Below, piece by piece: positions 28,545-38,361 of a stretch of 64,000 nt of DNA. Numbering within the stretch: position 1 is the first letter of the stretch; each line of letters starts with the position of its first letter. The stretch is from Deltaproteobacteria bacterium. GTDB lineage: Bacteria > Desulfobacterota > Binatia > Binatales > Binataceae. The position numbers and the translations under genes are program-made. The stretch is from contig DAHVFB010000002.1 in assembly GCA_027317185.1 (NCBI GenBank), positions 10,360 to 74,359 of the forward strand, written 5' to 3'. The notes under the pieces are model-generated. The model was not told the DNA's origin and did no database searches. It saw nothing but the letters and a program-made list of their open reading frames with translations.

Positions 28545-30029
28545 ATGGCGGTAAAGAAAACCGAACTAGGAACGGGTTTTGGATGTCCAGCCGACCTGCG
28601 GGAATACCTCGAAGTTCTCGAGCGCGCAGGTGAACTTCGGCGGGTAAAAGCCGAGGTCGATTGGCAATATGAGGCTGGCGCAATCAGCCGGCTGGTCAAC
28701 GAGCGCCGAGGTCCTGCCCCTCTTTTCGAAAATGTCAAGGACTATCCTGGCCAGCAGATAGCGGCGGTGTTGATGGGGCCCAGCAAGCCGGCGCTCCATG
28801 CCCGCATCGCTTTGGCGCTGGGTTTGGATAAGAACACTCCCACCCTCGACCTGATCGAAATCGTGCGGGCGCGGCTGAAAACTCCGTGTGATCCGGTGGT
28901 GGTCAGAAAGGAGCAGGCGGCATGTAAGGAAGTGGTGCTGACCGGCAAGGACATCGACCTTAACAAGTTCGCCTTCCCCTGGATTAAAGAGACGCTCGAT
29001 GGCGGACGCTACCTCGGGACCTGGGATATCGTTGCGCTCAGAGATCCCGATACCGGATGGCTCAACTGGGCCACTTATCGCTGCATGGTCAAGGACGGGA
29101 ATCATTTCGCCATACTGTTGATGCCGGCGGCCCAGCATGGCGGCGCGATTTTGCGCAAGTACGAAGCGATGGGCAAGCCGATGCCGATCGCGATTATGAT
29201 CGGCGCCAACCCGGCTTGTCATCTTGCCGCCGTCACCGCGATGGATCATGGCGTAGCCGAAGTCAGCGCAGCCGGCGGACTGATGGGTTCGCCCATTCCG
29301 ATAGTGCGATGCGAAACCAGTGACCTCGAGGTCGCGGCCAGCGCCGAAATGGTGATCGAAGCGGAGATCCTGCCAGGCGATCGCGTTGATGAGGGCCCCT
29401 TCGGCGAGTACACCGGGCATTCCGCCCATCGCGAAAAGTGTCCGCAGGCGCGCGTGACCTGCATCACACATCGCAAGAACCCGATTCATACGATGGCTAA
29501 CATGGGTAAGCCGTGGGATGACGCCGCCGCCAATATGTCGGTGATGACTCCCGCGCAAGCCAAAAATCGCCTCGAAGCGCATGGATTGGCGGTCAAAGCG
29601 GTTTACACGCTGCCCCCGGATGTCATGGTGGTCTCGTTGAAATCAGGGCCCGGATTGCAACAGCGGGTGGTTTCGACGCTAACTTCGGTACCGCGCCTCG
29701 CAATGAGAGGGATTGTGTTTGTCGACGAGGACGTTGACGTTACTGACGTCGAAGATGTCTGGTGGGCGATTGCGAGCCGTATGAACCCGGAGAATTTCGA
29801 TACGATTAAGGGAATCGGGGCCAATACTTTATACCCGTGGCTGACCCCCGAGATGCGTGAGCGAAAACAGCTTCCCTTCTTCATCATCGATGCCACATTT
29901 CCCTATCATTGGCCGCAAGAGTATCGCGACGCGCACACCAAGGTCTCGGATTTCAAACACGGATGGACAGAAGAGACCAAGCGAAAGGTTTTGGCCCGGT
30001 GGAAGGAATACGGCTACGGTGACCTTTAA
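28545..30029 (+). CDS. UbiD family (prFMN-dependent) decarboxylase (alternative start 28530)
   Basis: DLREYLE.LE..GEL, APLFENVK, DGGRY, EGPFGEYTG, VDEDVDV. Confidence 0.92.
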   Translation: MAVKKTELGTGFGCPADLREYLEVLERAGELRRVKAEVDWQYEAGAISRLVNERRGPAPLFENVKDYPGQQIAAVLMGPSKPALHARIALALGLDKNTPTLDLIEIVRARLKTPCDPVVVRKEQAACKEVVLTGKDIDLNKFAFPWIKETLDGGRYLGTWDIVALRDPDTGWLNWATYRCMVKDGNHFAILLMPAAQHGGAILRKYEAMGKPMPIAIMIGANPACHLAAVTAMDHGVAEVSAAGGLMGSPIPIVRCETSDLEVAASAEMVIEAEILPGDRVDEGPFGEYTGHSAHREKCPQARVTCITHRKNPIHTMANMGKPWDDAAANMSVMTPAQAKNRLEAHGLAVKAVYTLPPDVMVVSLKSGPGLQQRVVSTLTSVPRLAMRGIVFVDEDVDVTDVEDVWWAIASRMNPENFDTIKGIGANTLYPWLTPEMRERKQLPFFIIDATFPYHWPQEYRDAHTKVSDFKHGWTEETKRKVLARWKEYGYGDL

Positions 30030-30368
30030 CCGGATTTGGACAAGGATCGAATAACCGGCGCAGGTGAGCGGCGCGCAACCGCTCACCTGCGGCAGATTGA
30101 TGGAACCGTCGCGGCCTGGACGAGCGTTGCTGCAGATTCGCGTGGTGACCATCCAACGCCGACGCCTGAACTAGAAGTCCGCCCGCTCAACGAGGCTGAT
30201 ATAGGCCAGGATGCTTCCAGCAAGCTCGCCTTTCTCGACGGCCAGACGGAGCGCTTTAACCAAATTGCGAGTGAGTTCTTTTTCGGCAAGAGCAGTTGAT
30301 GGGGACTGCGGCAGTCATGCTATGTTTTGGCAGCCTTCAAGGGTAAATTCGGCCCGGCGGTGAGGACC

Positions 30369-31415
30369 ATGGAGCAGATCAGTTTCGGAGTTTTCGACCA
30401 TATCGAGCGGACCAGCGGCAGCGCCAATTTGCATACGCTTTATCATGAGCGGCTGCGGATGATGGAAGAGTACGACAAGGCGGGCATGTTCGCGGTTCAT
30501 ATCGCGCAGCATCATGCCACGCCGCTGGGGATGGCGCCGTCGCCCAACGTATTTTTGGCCGCAGCCGCGGAGCACACCAAGAAGCTGCATTTTGGACCGC
30601 TGGTTTATCTGCTGCCGTTTTATCAGCCGTTACGCCTGATCGAGGAAATCTGTATGCTCGATCATCTTAGCGGTGGCCGTTTGGAAGTCGGCGTCGGGCG
30701 CGGGGTTTCGCCCTTTGAGCTGGGACTGCATCGGATTCCTTTCTACGATTCGCGCAATATTTATAATGAGGGGCTCGAAGTGCTCCGGCGCGGCCTCAGC
30801 AATGACCACCTCACCTTCAATGGCAAGTACTATCAGTTCGAGAACGTGCCGATGGAACTGCGGCCGCTACAGCAGCCGCATCCGGATTTCTGGTACGGCA
30901 CGATTAACGTCGAGAGCACGATATACGCGGCGAAGCATGGAATGCATGTGGTGACGCTGGGACCGGCCAGCGATGCCGCGAAAGTCGTGGCCGCATATCG
31001 CGAGGCCTGGGATCCGAAGGGTCCGGATAATCTGAATCCGCACGTGAAGTCGCCGAAAATCGGAGTGCAGCGCCATATCTTCGTGGCCGAAAGCGACGCG
31101 GAAGCCTATCGCATCGGGAAAGAGGCGTTCAAAGTTTTCTTTCATAATATTCAGAAGATCTGGGCTGACTTTCACACTTCGACCAGCGTGTTCCCGAATG
31201 ACTTCGACCTCATGCTGAAGGCGGGCGCGTTCATTGTCGGATCGCCTTCGAAGGTGCGCGATGAACTGGCGCGCGTCGCCGAGGTAACCCGGACCAATTA
31301 CCTGGTGCAGGTGTTTTCGTGGGGCAACCTGACGCTCGATCAGTCGCTCGGTTCGCTGAATTTGTTCGCAAGCAAGGTGATGCCCGATCTGCAGAAGATT
31401 GCGCTCGCGGCCTGA
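30369..31415 (+). CDS. LLM-class (luciferase-like) flavin-dependent oxidoreductase
   Basis: AQHH, PSP.VFLAA, EEICMLDHLSGGRLEVGVGRG. Confidence 0.92.
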   Translation: MEQISFGVFDHIERTSGSANLHTLYHERLRMMEEYDKAGMFAVHIAQHHATPLGMAPSPNVFLAAAAEHTKKLHFGPLVYLLPFYQPLRLIEEICMLDHLSGGRLEVGVGRGVSPFELGLHRIPFYDSRNIYNEGLEVLRRGLSNDHLTFNGKYYQFENVPMELRPLQQPHPDFWYGTINVESTIYAAKHGMHVVTLGPASDAAKVVAAYREAWDPKGPDNLNPHVKSPKIGVQRHIFVAESDAEAYRIGKEAFKVFFHNIQKIWADFHTSTSVFPNDFDLMLKAGAFIVGSPSKVRDELARVAEVTRTNYLVQVFSWGNLTLDQSLGSLNLFASKVMPDLQKIALAA

Positions 31416-31416
31416 G

Positions 31417-32115
31417 TTAAGCGGGGGCGCGATACCGTATGGGATCGCGCCTCCCTGCTTCCGCGAAACCCTTCAAACGCAGAATGCAGGAATCGCAGTG
31501 TCCGCAGGCCTCGCCGGCCGGCGATGGATCGTAGCAGCTGATAGTGAGTGCGTAGTCAACCCCGAGCGCTAAACCGAGTTGTATGGTTTCGGCCTTGGTC
31601 AGATCGATCAGCGGCGTATGTATCGTCAGCCGATGGCCTTCCACGCCGGCCTTGGTGGCGAGATTCGCCATCCGCTGGTAGGCCTCGATATAATCCGGGC
31701 GGCAATCCGGATAGCCGCTGTAGTCGAGCGCGTTAACGCCGATAAAGATGTCGTTTGACCCTGATACTTCGGCCTGCGCGAGGGCGAACGAAAGAAAGAT
31801 TGTATTGCGCGCGGGCACGTAGGTAATCGGAATGTCCTGCGCCAACCCTTGAGCGGGACGGTCCTTTGGCACCGCGATAGCGCTGGTCAGCGCCGATCCG
31901 CCGAACACGCGCAAATCTATCTCGGCGATAACATGGTGGGTCACGCCCATCCGCTGGGCGATCTGCCGCGCCGCATTAACCTCGATTTCATGGCGCTGGC
32001 CATAACGGAACGTGATCGCCGAGACTTCATAGCCATCGCGGAAGGCGATCGCGAGCGTGGTGGTCGAATCGAGCCCGCCACTTAGAAGCACTACCGCTTT
32101 TCGCGCAGCCGACAT
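31417..32115 (-). CDS. queC: 7-cyano-7-deazaguanine synthase
   Basis: SGGLDS, YGQRH, TYVPARN, YPDCR, SCY...CGHCDSC. Confidence 0.97.
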   Translation of the reverse strand: MSAARKAVVLLSGGLDSTTTLAIAFRDGYEVSAITFRYGQRHEIEVNAARQIAQRMGVTHHVIAEIDLRVFGGSALTSAIAVPKDRPAQGLAQDIPITYVPARNTIFLSFALAQAEVSGSNDIFIGVNALDYSGYPDCRPDYIEAYQRMANLATKAGVEGHRLTIHTPLIDLTKAETIQLGLALGVDYALTISCYDPSPAGEACGHCDSCILRLKGFAEAGRRDPIRYRAPA

Positions 32116-32179
32116 CTATCTACCGAACAATCGAGTCCATCCTGCGAACCCATACCGCCGAATCCATCCCGGCTGAGCT

Positions 32180-32974
32180 TCAGCTTTGCCGGTCCACCTC
32201 ATCGATGAAGCCGAGTACGGTGTCGTTGAACTCGTGCGGCTGTTCCAGATAGCTGATATGCCCAACGCCGGCAATCTCGACCAGCCGGGCGCCGGGAATG
32301 AGCGCGGCGGTTTCGCGGCCGCCCTCAGGCGGTATTACCCGGTCAAGCTCGCCGGTCAGTACCAGGGTTGGAATACGGATCGAGCGAACCTGCTGGCGAA
32401 CGTCGAATCCCTGCAATCCTTCCGTGAATGCCTGCGCGTAAACCTCGCGATCGTTGCCGGCGATTATGTCGCATAGCCATTCGTGCACCGCCGGACGGAC
32501 GTGAACCGCCAAGGCCTGATCGCACACCAGATGCGCATACTGGGTCATCGACTTTTTGCGCAGAGTTTTAAGCCGCACCTCACGCACCTTGGCCGGAATA
32601 TCGGTAACGCTTGCCGTATGACATAGCGACAGGCTGCGGCACAGATCGGGCCTGCGAAGCGCAACCGCCTGGCCGATAAAACCGCCAAGCGAGGTTCCGA
32701 CATAGTGCATCGGCGCGATTCCGAGTTTCTCGACCAGTGCGATTATGTCGTTTGCGAAATTATCGATCGCGTAAGAACCGGGTGCGGTGGGCTTCGATGA
32801 CTTTCCGAAACCGCGCAGATCAACCGCGACCACACGATGCTTTTCGGCGAACAGCGGAACCTGGTTGATCCATCCATCGCCATTCAGCCCGATGCCATGC
32901 ACCAGCACAATCGAGGTGCCAGTGCCCGTATCCTGAATGTTGATCGAGATCTCACCGAGATCCACCAAAGACAT
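32180..32974 (-). CDS. Alpha/beta hydrolase (enol-lactonase/deformylase-like; alternative start 32986)
   Basis: HG, DLRGFG, GTSLGG nucleophile, GH; directly downstream of nicX. Confidence 0.88.
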   Translation of the reverse strand: MSLVDLGEISINIQDTGTGTSIVLVHGIGLNGDGWINQVPLFAEKHRVVAVDLRGFGKSSKPTAPGSYAIDNFANDIIALVEKLGIAPMHYVGTSLGGFIGQAVALRRPDLCRSLSLCHTASVTDIPAKVREVRLKTLRKKSMTQYAHLVCDQALAVHVRPAVHEWLCDIIAGNDREVYAQAFTEGLQGFDVRQQVRSIRIPTLVLTGELDRVIPPEGGRETAALIPGARLVEIAGVGHISYLEQPHEFNDTVLGFIDEVDRQS

Positions 32975-32998
32975 AACCGTTTCCACTTTCGGTTCCGT

Positions 32999-34033
32999 TT
33001 AGCGTCCCGCGGCGCGCATGTCTTCCGGCATAACTTCACCGTCGCGCAGGATCAGATCATCATCGAGATACAACGTGCAGTTGCGCATCGGCAAATCCAG
33101 ATGGCAGGCGGTATCGTTGTCGCCGCCCAGTTCAGTGTTGGGACCGGTCGAAAACAGCACGTTGCCATAAAACGCGCGCCCCTCGATCCCGATTCCGGGC
33201 ACGCCCTGGGCATGGCAGGTCCAGTTCGCCCGCTCGTTGAGGCCCCATCCGATATGAGAAATCCCGTAAGCTTTCGGATCGCGATAGCTCGCCATGTAGT
33301 CGCGCAGCATCTCCGCGTCGAGTCCGCCTTTGGTTTCGACGATCCGACCTTCGCGTATCGTGAACTCGATCGGATCGCGCAGGTAGCTCGCGAACGGATA
33401 AATAATGTCGCCGCGGTCCATCACCACCTTGCCATTCACCTCGGTCTCGCCCGCGCCGGTAAAAGCAAATCCGCTGGGCCAGTGATCCCATCGTCCGGGG
33501 GTGTCGGTGTATCCGTACTCGGACATCGCGGGAAACTTGCCGAGTTTGTAGGTGACGTCGGTGCCCGCCCGATTGGTGAATCGCAACTGATGACCGTTGG
33601 CGAGCCGCCGCTCGGCCGCCTCAACCCGTTCCCGCAAGTCTGTGGTGGGGAACAATCGTTGCAGAATTTCAGGAGGTTCCACGCACAACAGAATCCGCGC
33701 CCCAGCCTTCTGCATCTCGAGCTGCTCCTTGGAGAACAGCAAAAACATCAGATCGACCACCAGGTCGGCGCTCTTGAGCGCTTCGATCGCCGGCCGATTG
33801 CCCGCCAGCGCCGCCGCGCCACCGAAACCAAGCAGGCCTGCGCCCCGGCCCGGCAGCAGATTGACATTGAACACGTGGGCTCCGAGATCGCGCGCCGCAA
33901 CCATGAAGGCGCTGGCGTACTCGACGTTCTTTTCGGCCTCCGAAAGGACCGCGACCGTTTCGTCTTCCTTCACCCGGCATAGTTCCAGTTCTCGGCGAAA
34001 TAGCAATACGAGTTCGGTCGATTTCAAGGACAT
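32999..34033 (-). CDS. nicX: 2,5-dihydroxypyridine 5,6-dioxygenase-like
   Basis: ADLVVDLM, VEPPE.L, EYGY.D.PGRWDHWPSGF, YGISHIGWGL, RAFYGN.LFSTGPNTE.GG, CHLD.P match NicX as recalled. Confidence 0.88.
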   Translation of the reverse strand: MSLKSTELVLLFRRELELCRVKEDETVAVLSEAEKNVEYASAFMVAARDLGAHVFNVNLLPGRGAGLLGFGGAAALAGNRPAIEALKSADLVVDLMFLLFSKEQLEMQKAGARILLCVEPPEILQRLFPTTDLRERVEAAERRLANGHQLRFTNRAGTDVTYKLGKFPAMSEYGYTDTPGRWDHWPSGFAFTGAGETEVNGKVVMDRGDIIYPFASYLRDPIEFTIREGRIVETKGGLDAEMLRDYMASYRDPKAYGISHIGWGLNERANWTCHAQGVPGIGIEGRAFYGNVLFSTGPNTELGGDNDTACHLDLPMRNCTLYLDDDLILRDGEVMPEDMRAAGR

Positions 34034-34240
34034 CGCAATTGCCTCCATGGCCAATCCGGGTTCGTGAACTCCGACTGCCTTTCGTTCGAATATAGTTCCG
34101 TTTTCCGGTGGATTGAAACCTCGTGCATCCACTATAAAGAAGGCCTGACGCAGATTTTTAACCGAGGCTATGCGATAACCGAACTCGCCAATGCCCTCGA
34201 AATCGCAATGGTGGATCGATCGACATAAGGAGGTCTGACA

Positions 34241-35089
34241 ATGGCTACTGGTTTTATCGAAAAGCGTATTCCTTCAGGCAAGCTAACGAGCAATGCCCTG
34301 ATCGCGGGCGATCCCAAGTCACCCGCGTTGATCCTGCTTCACGGCGCCGGACCGGGAGCGAGCGCCGCTTCGAATTGGCAGAACTGCATCCCCGATCTAA
34401 GCAGTAAGTTCTACGTGGTTGCGCCGGACATGGTGGGCTTTGGCCAGTCTGACTATCCCAACCCGCTACCAACCCACGCGATGACCTGGATGGGTTTACG
34501 GGTCGAACAGATATTGGGCATGATGGACCATCTGGAGATCAAAACCGCCCATATCGTGGGAAATTCGATGGGCGGAGCGCTGACGTTGCATCTGCTGCTG
34601 GAAGCGCCGCAACGCTTCAAACGGGCGATGCTGATGGGTGCGGTAGGCGCGCCGATGTCGCGCACGCCGGAACTGGTTCGTCTGCTGTCATTTTATCACG
34701 ACCCGCGATTGGGCCGTTATCGCGAACTGATCCACAGCTTCGTCTGCGATCCCGCCCAGTTTCCTGGGCTGGAGGATATCGTGCAGGCCCGTTTCAAGAC
34801 TGCGACCGATCCCAAGGTGCGCGCGATTCAGGAGAATGCTTTCGAGTCGATGCGAAACGGCATGGACTCGCTGATTGTCCCGCCCTCGTTTTTGGCCCGT
34901 ATGCCACACAGGGTGTCGCTGATTCACGGCCGTCAGGACCGCGTGGTGCCGCTGGAGACCAGTTTGTATTTCCTGCAGCATCTGAAAAACGCTGAGTTAC
35001 ACGTGCTCGACCGCTGTGGCCATTGGGCCCAGCTACAGCGTTGGGATGCGATGCTCCCGATAATCATGGATCACTTCGTAGAGGAATGA
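34241..35089 (+). CDS. Meta-cleavage product hydrolase (2-hydroxymuconic semialdehyde hydrolase-like)
   Basis: LLHGAGPG, GNSMGG, HGRQD.VVP, CGHWAQ. Confidence 0.88.
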   Translation: MATGFIEKRIPSGKLTSNALIAGDPKSPALILLHGAGPGASAASNWQNCIPDLSSKFYVVAPDMVGFGQSDYPNPLPTHAMTWMGLRVEQILGMMDHLEIKTAHIVGNSMGGALTLHLLLEAPQRFKRAMLMGAVGAPMSRTPELVRLLSFYHDPRLGRYRELIHSFVCDPAQFPGLEDIVQARFKTATDPKVRAIQENAFESMRNGMDSLIVPPSFLARMPHRVSLIHGRQDRVVPLETSLYFLQHLKNAELHVLDRCGHWAQLQRWDAMLPIIMDHFVEE

Positions 35090-35168
35090 GAGGTCTGGCC
35101 GGAAAGCCGGCAGCGCGCCCTAACCTTCGGTGACGCTGCCCTTTCCGGCCTGAACGATGGTGCCAGAC

Positions 35169-35972
35169 ATGCTCGATAATGATGCGGTAAAGCGACTGGC
35201 GGCGGAGTTGAACTCCGCTCAGAAGCAGCGCAAACAAATCAGCCAGCTTTCAAAACGTTTTCCGGAAATGACGGTTGCCGACGGCTATCGAATCAACCGC
35301 GCCTGGGTCGCAATAAAGCATCAGGAAAGCCGTGTCACGCAGGGACATAAGATCGGTTTAACCTCGCGCGCGATGCAGCAGATGGCGCAGCTTACGGAAC
35401 CTGATTATGGAACTCTTTTTGACGATATGTTTTTCAGGGAAGGCGGTGAGGTGCCGTTCGACCGGTTCATCGCGCCGATGGTCGAAGTTGAACTTGCATT
35501 TGTCCTGGGCAAACCGCTGAGAGGACCGCAGGTCACCATCTTCGACGTACTCGCAGCCACCGATTTCGTCGTGCCGGCGGTGGAGATCATCGATACCCGG
35601 ATCGAACGCTTCGACCCGGAAACGAAAACGATGCGCAAGGTGCAGGACACTATCGCGGACAATGCCGCCAGCGCGGGCGTCGTGCTCGGATCGAGCCCGA
35701 TCCGGCCCGAAAAGGTGGATCTGCGATGGGCGTGCGCGCTGCTTTCCAAAAATAGCGTAATCGAGGAGACCGGCGTCGCGGCAGGGGTGCTTAATCATCC
35801 CGCGAACGGCGTGGTCTGGCTGACGCATAAACTCAGCCAGTGGGACGAATATCTGGCGGCGGGTGAAATCGTGCTCGGTGGTTCTTTCACGCGCCCGGTC
35901 AGTGCCGCGCCGGGCGATACTTTTCATGCCGACTATGGAACCCTGGGTTCGATCAGCTTCAGATTCGTCTGA
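35169..35972 (+). CDS. hpaH: 2-oxo-hept-3-ene-1,7-dioate hydratase (alternative start 35157)
   Basis: GHKIGLTSRAMQ, EPDYG, VEVELAF, DTIADNA, EETGVAAGVLNHPANG, GSFTRPV. Confidence 0.92.
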   Translation: MLDNDAVKRLAAELNSAQKQRKQISQLSKRFPEMTVADGYRINRAWVAIKHQESRVTQGHKIGLTSRAMQQMAQLTEPDYGTLFDDMFFREGGEVPFDRFIAPMVEVELAFVLGKPLRGPQVTIFDVLAATDFVVPAVEIIDTRIERFDPETKTMRKVQDTIADNAASAGVVLGSSPIRPEKVDLRWACALLSKNSVIEETGVAAGVLNHPANGVVWLTHKLSQWDEYLAAGEIVLGGSFTRPVSAAPGDTFHADYGTLGSISFRFV

Positions 35973-36053
35973 TCTCGCCCGGCGCGATCAGCATACGCAA
36001 AATGTGCTTAAGTGGGGATCCGGATGATCCAGCTTGCGTATCCATGAGGATTT

Positions 36054-36824
36054 GTGAAAACACCCGTGAATCGTTTCAAGTTGGCGCTCAAGGCAGGGCA
36101 GGTTCGGATCGGCTTCTGGCTGGCGCTGACTGATTCCTACACCGCCGAGATTTGTGCGGGCGCCGGCTTCGATTGGCTGCTGATCGATGGCGAGCACTCG
36201 CCCCATACCCTGGTCACGATCGCCGGGCAGTTGCAGGCGATCGCCGGTTACTCCGAATGCGATGCAATTGTGCGGGTGCCGTGGGCGGATCAGGTCACGA
36301 TCAAACAATATCTCGATCTGGGAGTGCAGACGGTGCTGGTTCCGATGGTGGAGACCGCCGAACAGGCGGCTGAAGTGGTGCGGGCATGCTATTACCCGCC
36401 CGCCGGTATCCGCGGCGTGGGGGGTGCGCGGGCGGCGCGCTGGGGGCGCTATCGGAATTATGTGACCGAGAGCAACGAACAGATGTGCGTACTGGTGCAG
36501 GTCGAGAGTAAGCGAGGACTGGACAATCTCGAACAAATTGCGGCGGTTGCGGGGGTCGATGGAGTTTTTATCGGCACCGCCGATCTCGCCGCCTCGCTCG
36601 GATATCCCGGCGATGCCGCGAACCCCGTGGTGCAGGATGCGACCCTCGATGCCTTCCGGAAAATCCTGAGCATCGGAAAGGCCCCGGGCGCCCTGGCTCG
36701 CGATGAAGCCCTGATCTGGCGATACCGGGATAACGGAGCGCTGTTCGTGGCCGTGGGATTGGATGCTCATCTGCTGGCCGCACAAACCAGCGCCCTGGCT
36801 GCCCGCTTCCGCGCAGCTCGTTAA
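36054..36824 (+). CDS. hpaI: 4-hydroxy-2-oxoheptanedioate aldolase (HpcH/HpaI family)
   Basis: AGFDWLLIDGEH, IKQ.LD.G, YPP.GIRGVG, VDGVFIG.ADL. Confidence 0.92.
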   Translation: MKTPVNRFKLALKAGQVRIGFWLALTDSYTAEICAGAGFDWLLIDGEHSPHTLVTIAGQLQAIAGYSECDAIVRVPWADQVTIKQYLDLGVQTVLVPMVETAEQAAEVVRACYYPPAGIRGVGGARAARWGRYRNYVTESNEQMCVLVQVESKRGLDNLEQIAAVAGVDGVFIGTADLAASLGYPGDAANPVVQDATLDAFRKILSIGKAPGALARDEALIWRYRDNGALFVAVGLDAHLLAAQTSALAARFRAAR

Positions 36825-36939
36825 TAGGGTCGTGAGAAGCATGCCGTTGGCCTGAAATCGCAATAAGCCTGCGGCTTAACTGGCAGTCGCGGCGCCAACG
36901 ATGGTAACTTTGCAGTTGATCGACGGAGGCCGCTGTCCG

Positions 36940-37788
36940 ATGGCTGACCACGCCCCGCGCCTGCGCGCACGCCTGGATCATATCGCGATCAATTCGCCGG
37001 AGCCTGAGCGGATGGCCGAGTTCTACCGGCTCGCGATGGACCTGCGGCTCGAGCGGTTGAGCAACAATCTATGGTTGTGCGAAGCCCCGCGCCGCCGGCT
37101 TTTGATCGTTAAGGGCGAGGCCAAAACCCTCGCGTTCGGAGCCTATGCGGTCGATGAGCCGGACTTACTGGCAGCGGTTCGTAAACGCGTGGTTGACAGT
37201 GGTGCGAAGCTTGAGCGATCGGAAAGTTCGCTGCTGACCGGCGATAGCTTGATGGTGAAAGATCCGGATGGCAATCGGATAGCATTCGGGATGCCGGTCC
37301 CGGAAAAATCTTCCGATACTCCCGCGCTGCCGGCCCGGCTTCAGCATCTGGTATTTGGCAGCGACGAAGTAAGCCGCATCGCCGACTTTTATGAACGGGT
37401 TCTGGGCTTCACGGTCAGTGACCGCGTGTTCGACAAAACCGGCAAGCTGACCAATTGCTTCTTCCGCGCCGATCGCGGCGACCATCATATACTGGCGATT
37501 TTTCCGTCCGATCAAAAAAAGCTTGACCATCATTGTTATGAGTCGATCGATTGGGGTTCGATTCGCGACTGGGCCGATCAATTATCCAGCCGTGGGGTTT
37601 CCATCGCCTGGGGACCGGGCCGCCATGGTCCAGGGGCCAACCTGTTTATCATGGTCCGCGATCCGGACGGCAACTGGGTCGAGATTTCCGCCGAGCTGGA
37701 ACAGGTCGAGGCCGAGCATCCGGCCGGCGTATGGGAACATGGTCCGCTGGTGGCTAATCGATGGGGCCAGCCGCGCCTGACTGTGTGA
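36940..37788 (+). CDS. VOC family protein, extradiol dioxygenase-like
   Basis: Two VOC modules; LQH, DHH, GPGRHGPG...RDPDGNWVE. Confidence 0.85.
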   Translation: MADHAPRLRARLDHIAINSPEPERMAEFYRLAMDLRLERLSNNLWLCEAPRRRLLIVKGEAKTLAFGAYAVDEPDLLAAVRKRVVDSGAKLERSESSLLTGDSLMVKDPDGNRIAFGMPVPEKSSDTPALPARLQHLVFGSDEVSRIADFYERVLGFTVSDRVFDKTGKLTNCFFRADRGDHHILAIFPSDQKKLDHHCYESIDWGSIRDWADQLSSRGVSIAWGPGRHGPGANLFIMVRDPDGNWVEISAELEQVEAEHPAGVWEHGPLVANRWGQPRLTV

Positions 37789-37864
37789 GCGGCAAAGAAC
37801 TGCTGGCTCGGTGAGTCAACCTGTTCTTAGCTGGTTTTCTGGATCGAATCAGGGAGTAACGATT

Positions 37865-38068
37865 ATGAAGATCAGAGTCGTGGTTCATGAAGCAGAAGAG
37901 GGAGGTTACTGGGCCGAGGTTCCGTCAATAATTGGCTGCGCGACCGAGGGAGCAACCTTCGAGGAGCTGCTCAAGAATCTCTACGAAGCTATCGAGGGCT
38001 GCTTGTCAGTCGATATCAGCGTGCCAAAGGCCACCGGGAAGGATCGAGTCGTCGAGATCATCGTGTGA
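37865..38068 (+). CDS. hicB: HicB family antitoxin (short form)
   Basis: EEGGYWAEVP...GCAT.G.T.EE...NL.EAI. Confidence 0.92.
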   Translation: MKIRVVVHEAEEGGYWAEVPSIIGCATEGATFEELLKNLYEAIEGCLSVDISVPKATGKDRVVEIIV

Positions 38069-38274
38069 AGCAGCTTTCCGGCAAGGCATTCATCAGCATC
38101 GTGGAACGCCGGGGATGGATGCTGCTGCGTGTACATGGTAGCCATCACATCTATGGTAAGCCTGGCAGCATAGTGCGGCTTTCGATCCCGATACATGGAA
38201 ATCAACCGCTGAAGCGGGGACTGCTCGCATATTTGATGAAGGCCGCGGATCTCAAGGAGGGTGATTTGGAATAG
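38065..38274 (+). CDS. hicA: HicA family toxin
   Basis: GW...R..GSHHIY, IPIHGN..LK.G; GTGA overlap with hicB. Confidence 0.92.
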   Translation: MKQLSGKAFISIVERRGWMLLRVHGSHHIYGKPGSIVRLSIPIHGNQPLKRGLLAYLMKAADLKEGDLE

Positions 38275-38361
38275 AGGCCAGCCGCGCCTGACCTTCTGAG
38301 TTGCCAGCTCGAGATTCTGAGAAAATCCGATCCAGGGTTGAGTAGCCTTTAGGAGCTAACC

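Noticed and set aside
31417-32115. queC as part of a 7-deazaguanine DNA modification or QatC-type defence system
   Set aside because: Canonical short QueC with no dpd or qat genes nearby; housekeeping queuosine role is the simpler reading
32837-33982. 381-aa plus-strand ORF
   Set aside because: Antisense shadow of the nicX-like gene; no motifs
35097-35150. Long intercistronic hairpin before hpaH
   Set aside because: No U-tail or riboswitch motif; most likely an mRNA stability element and nothing further can be supported
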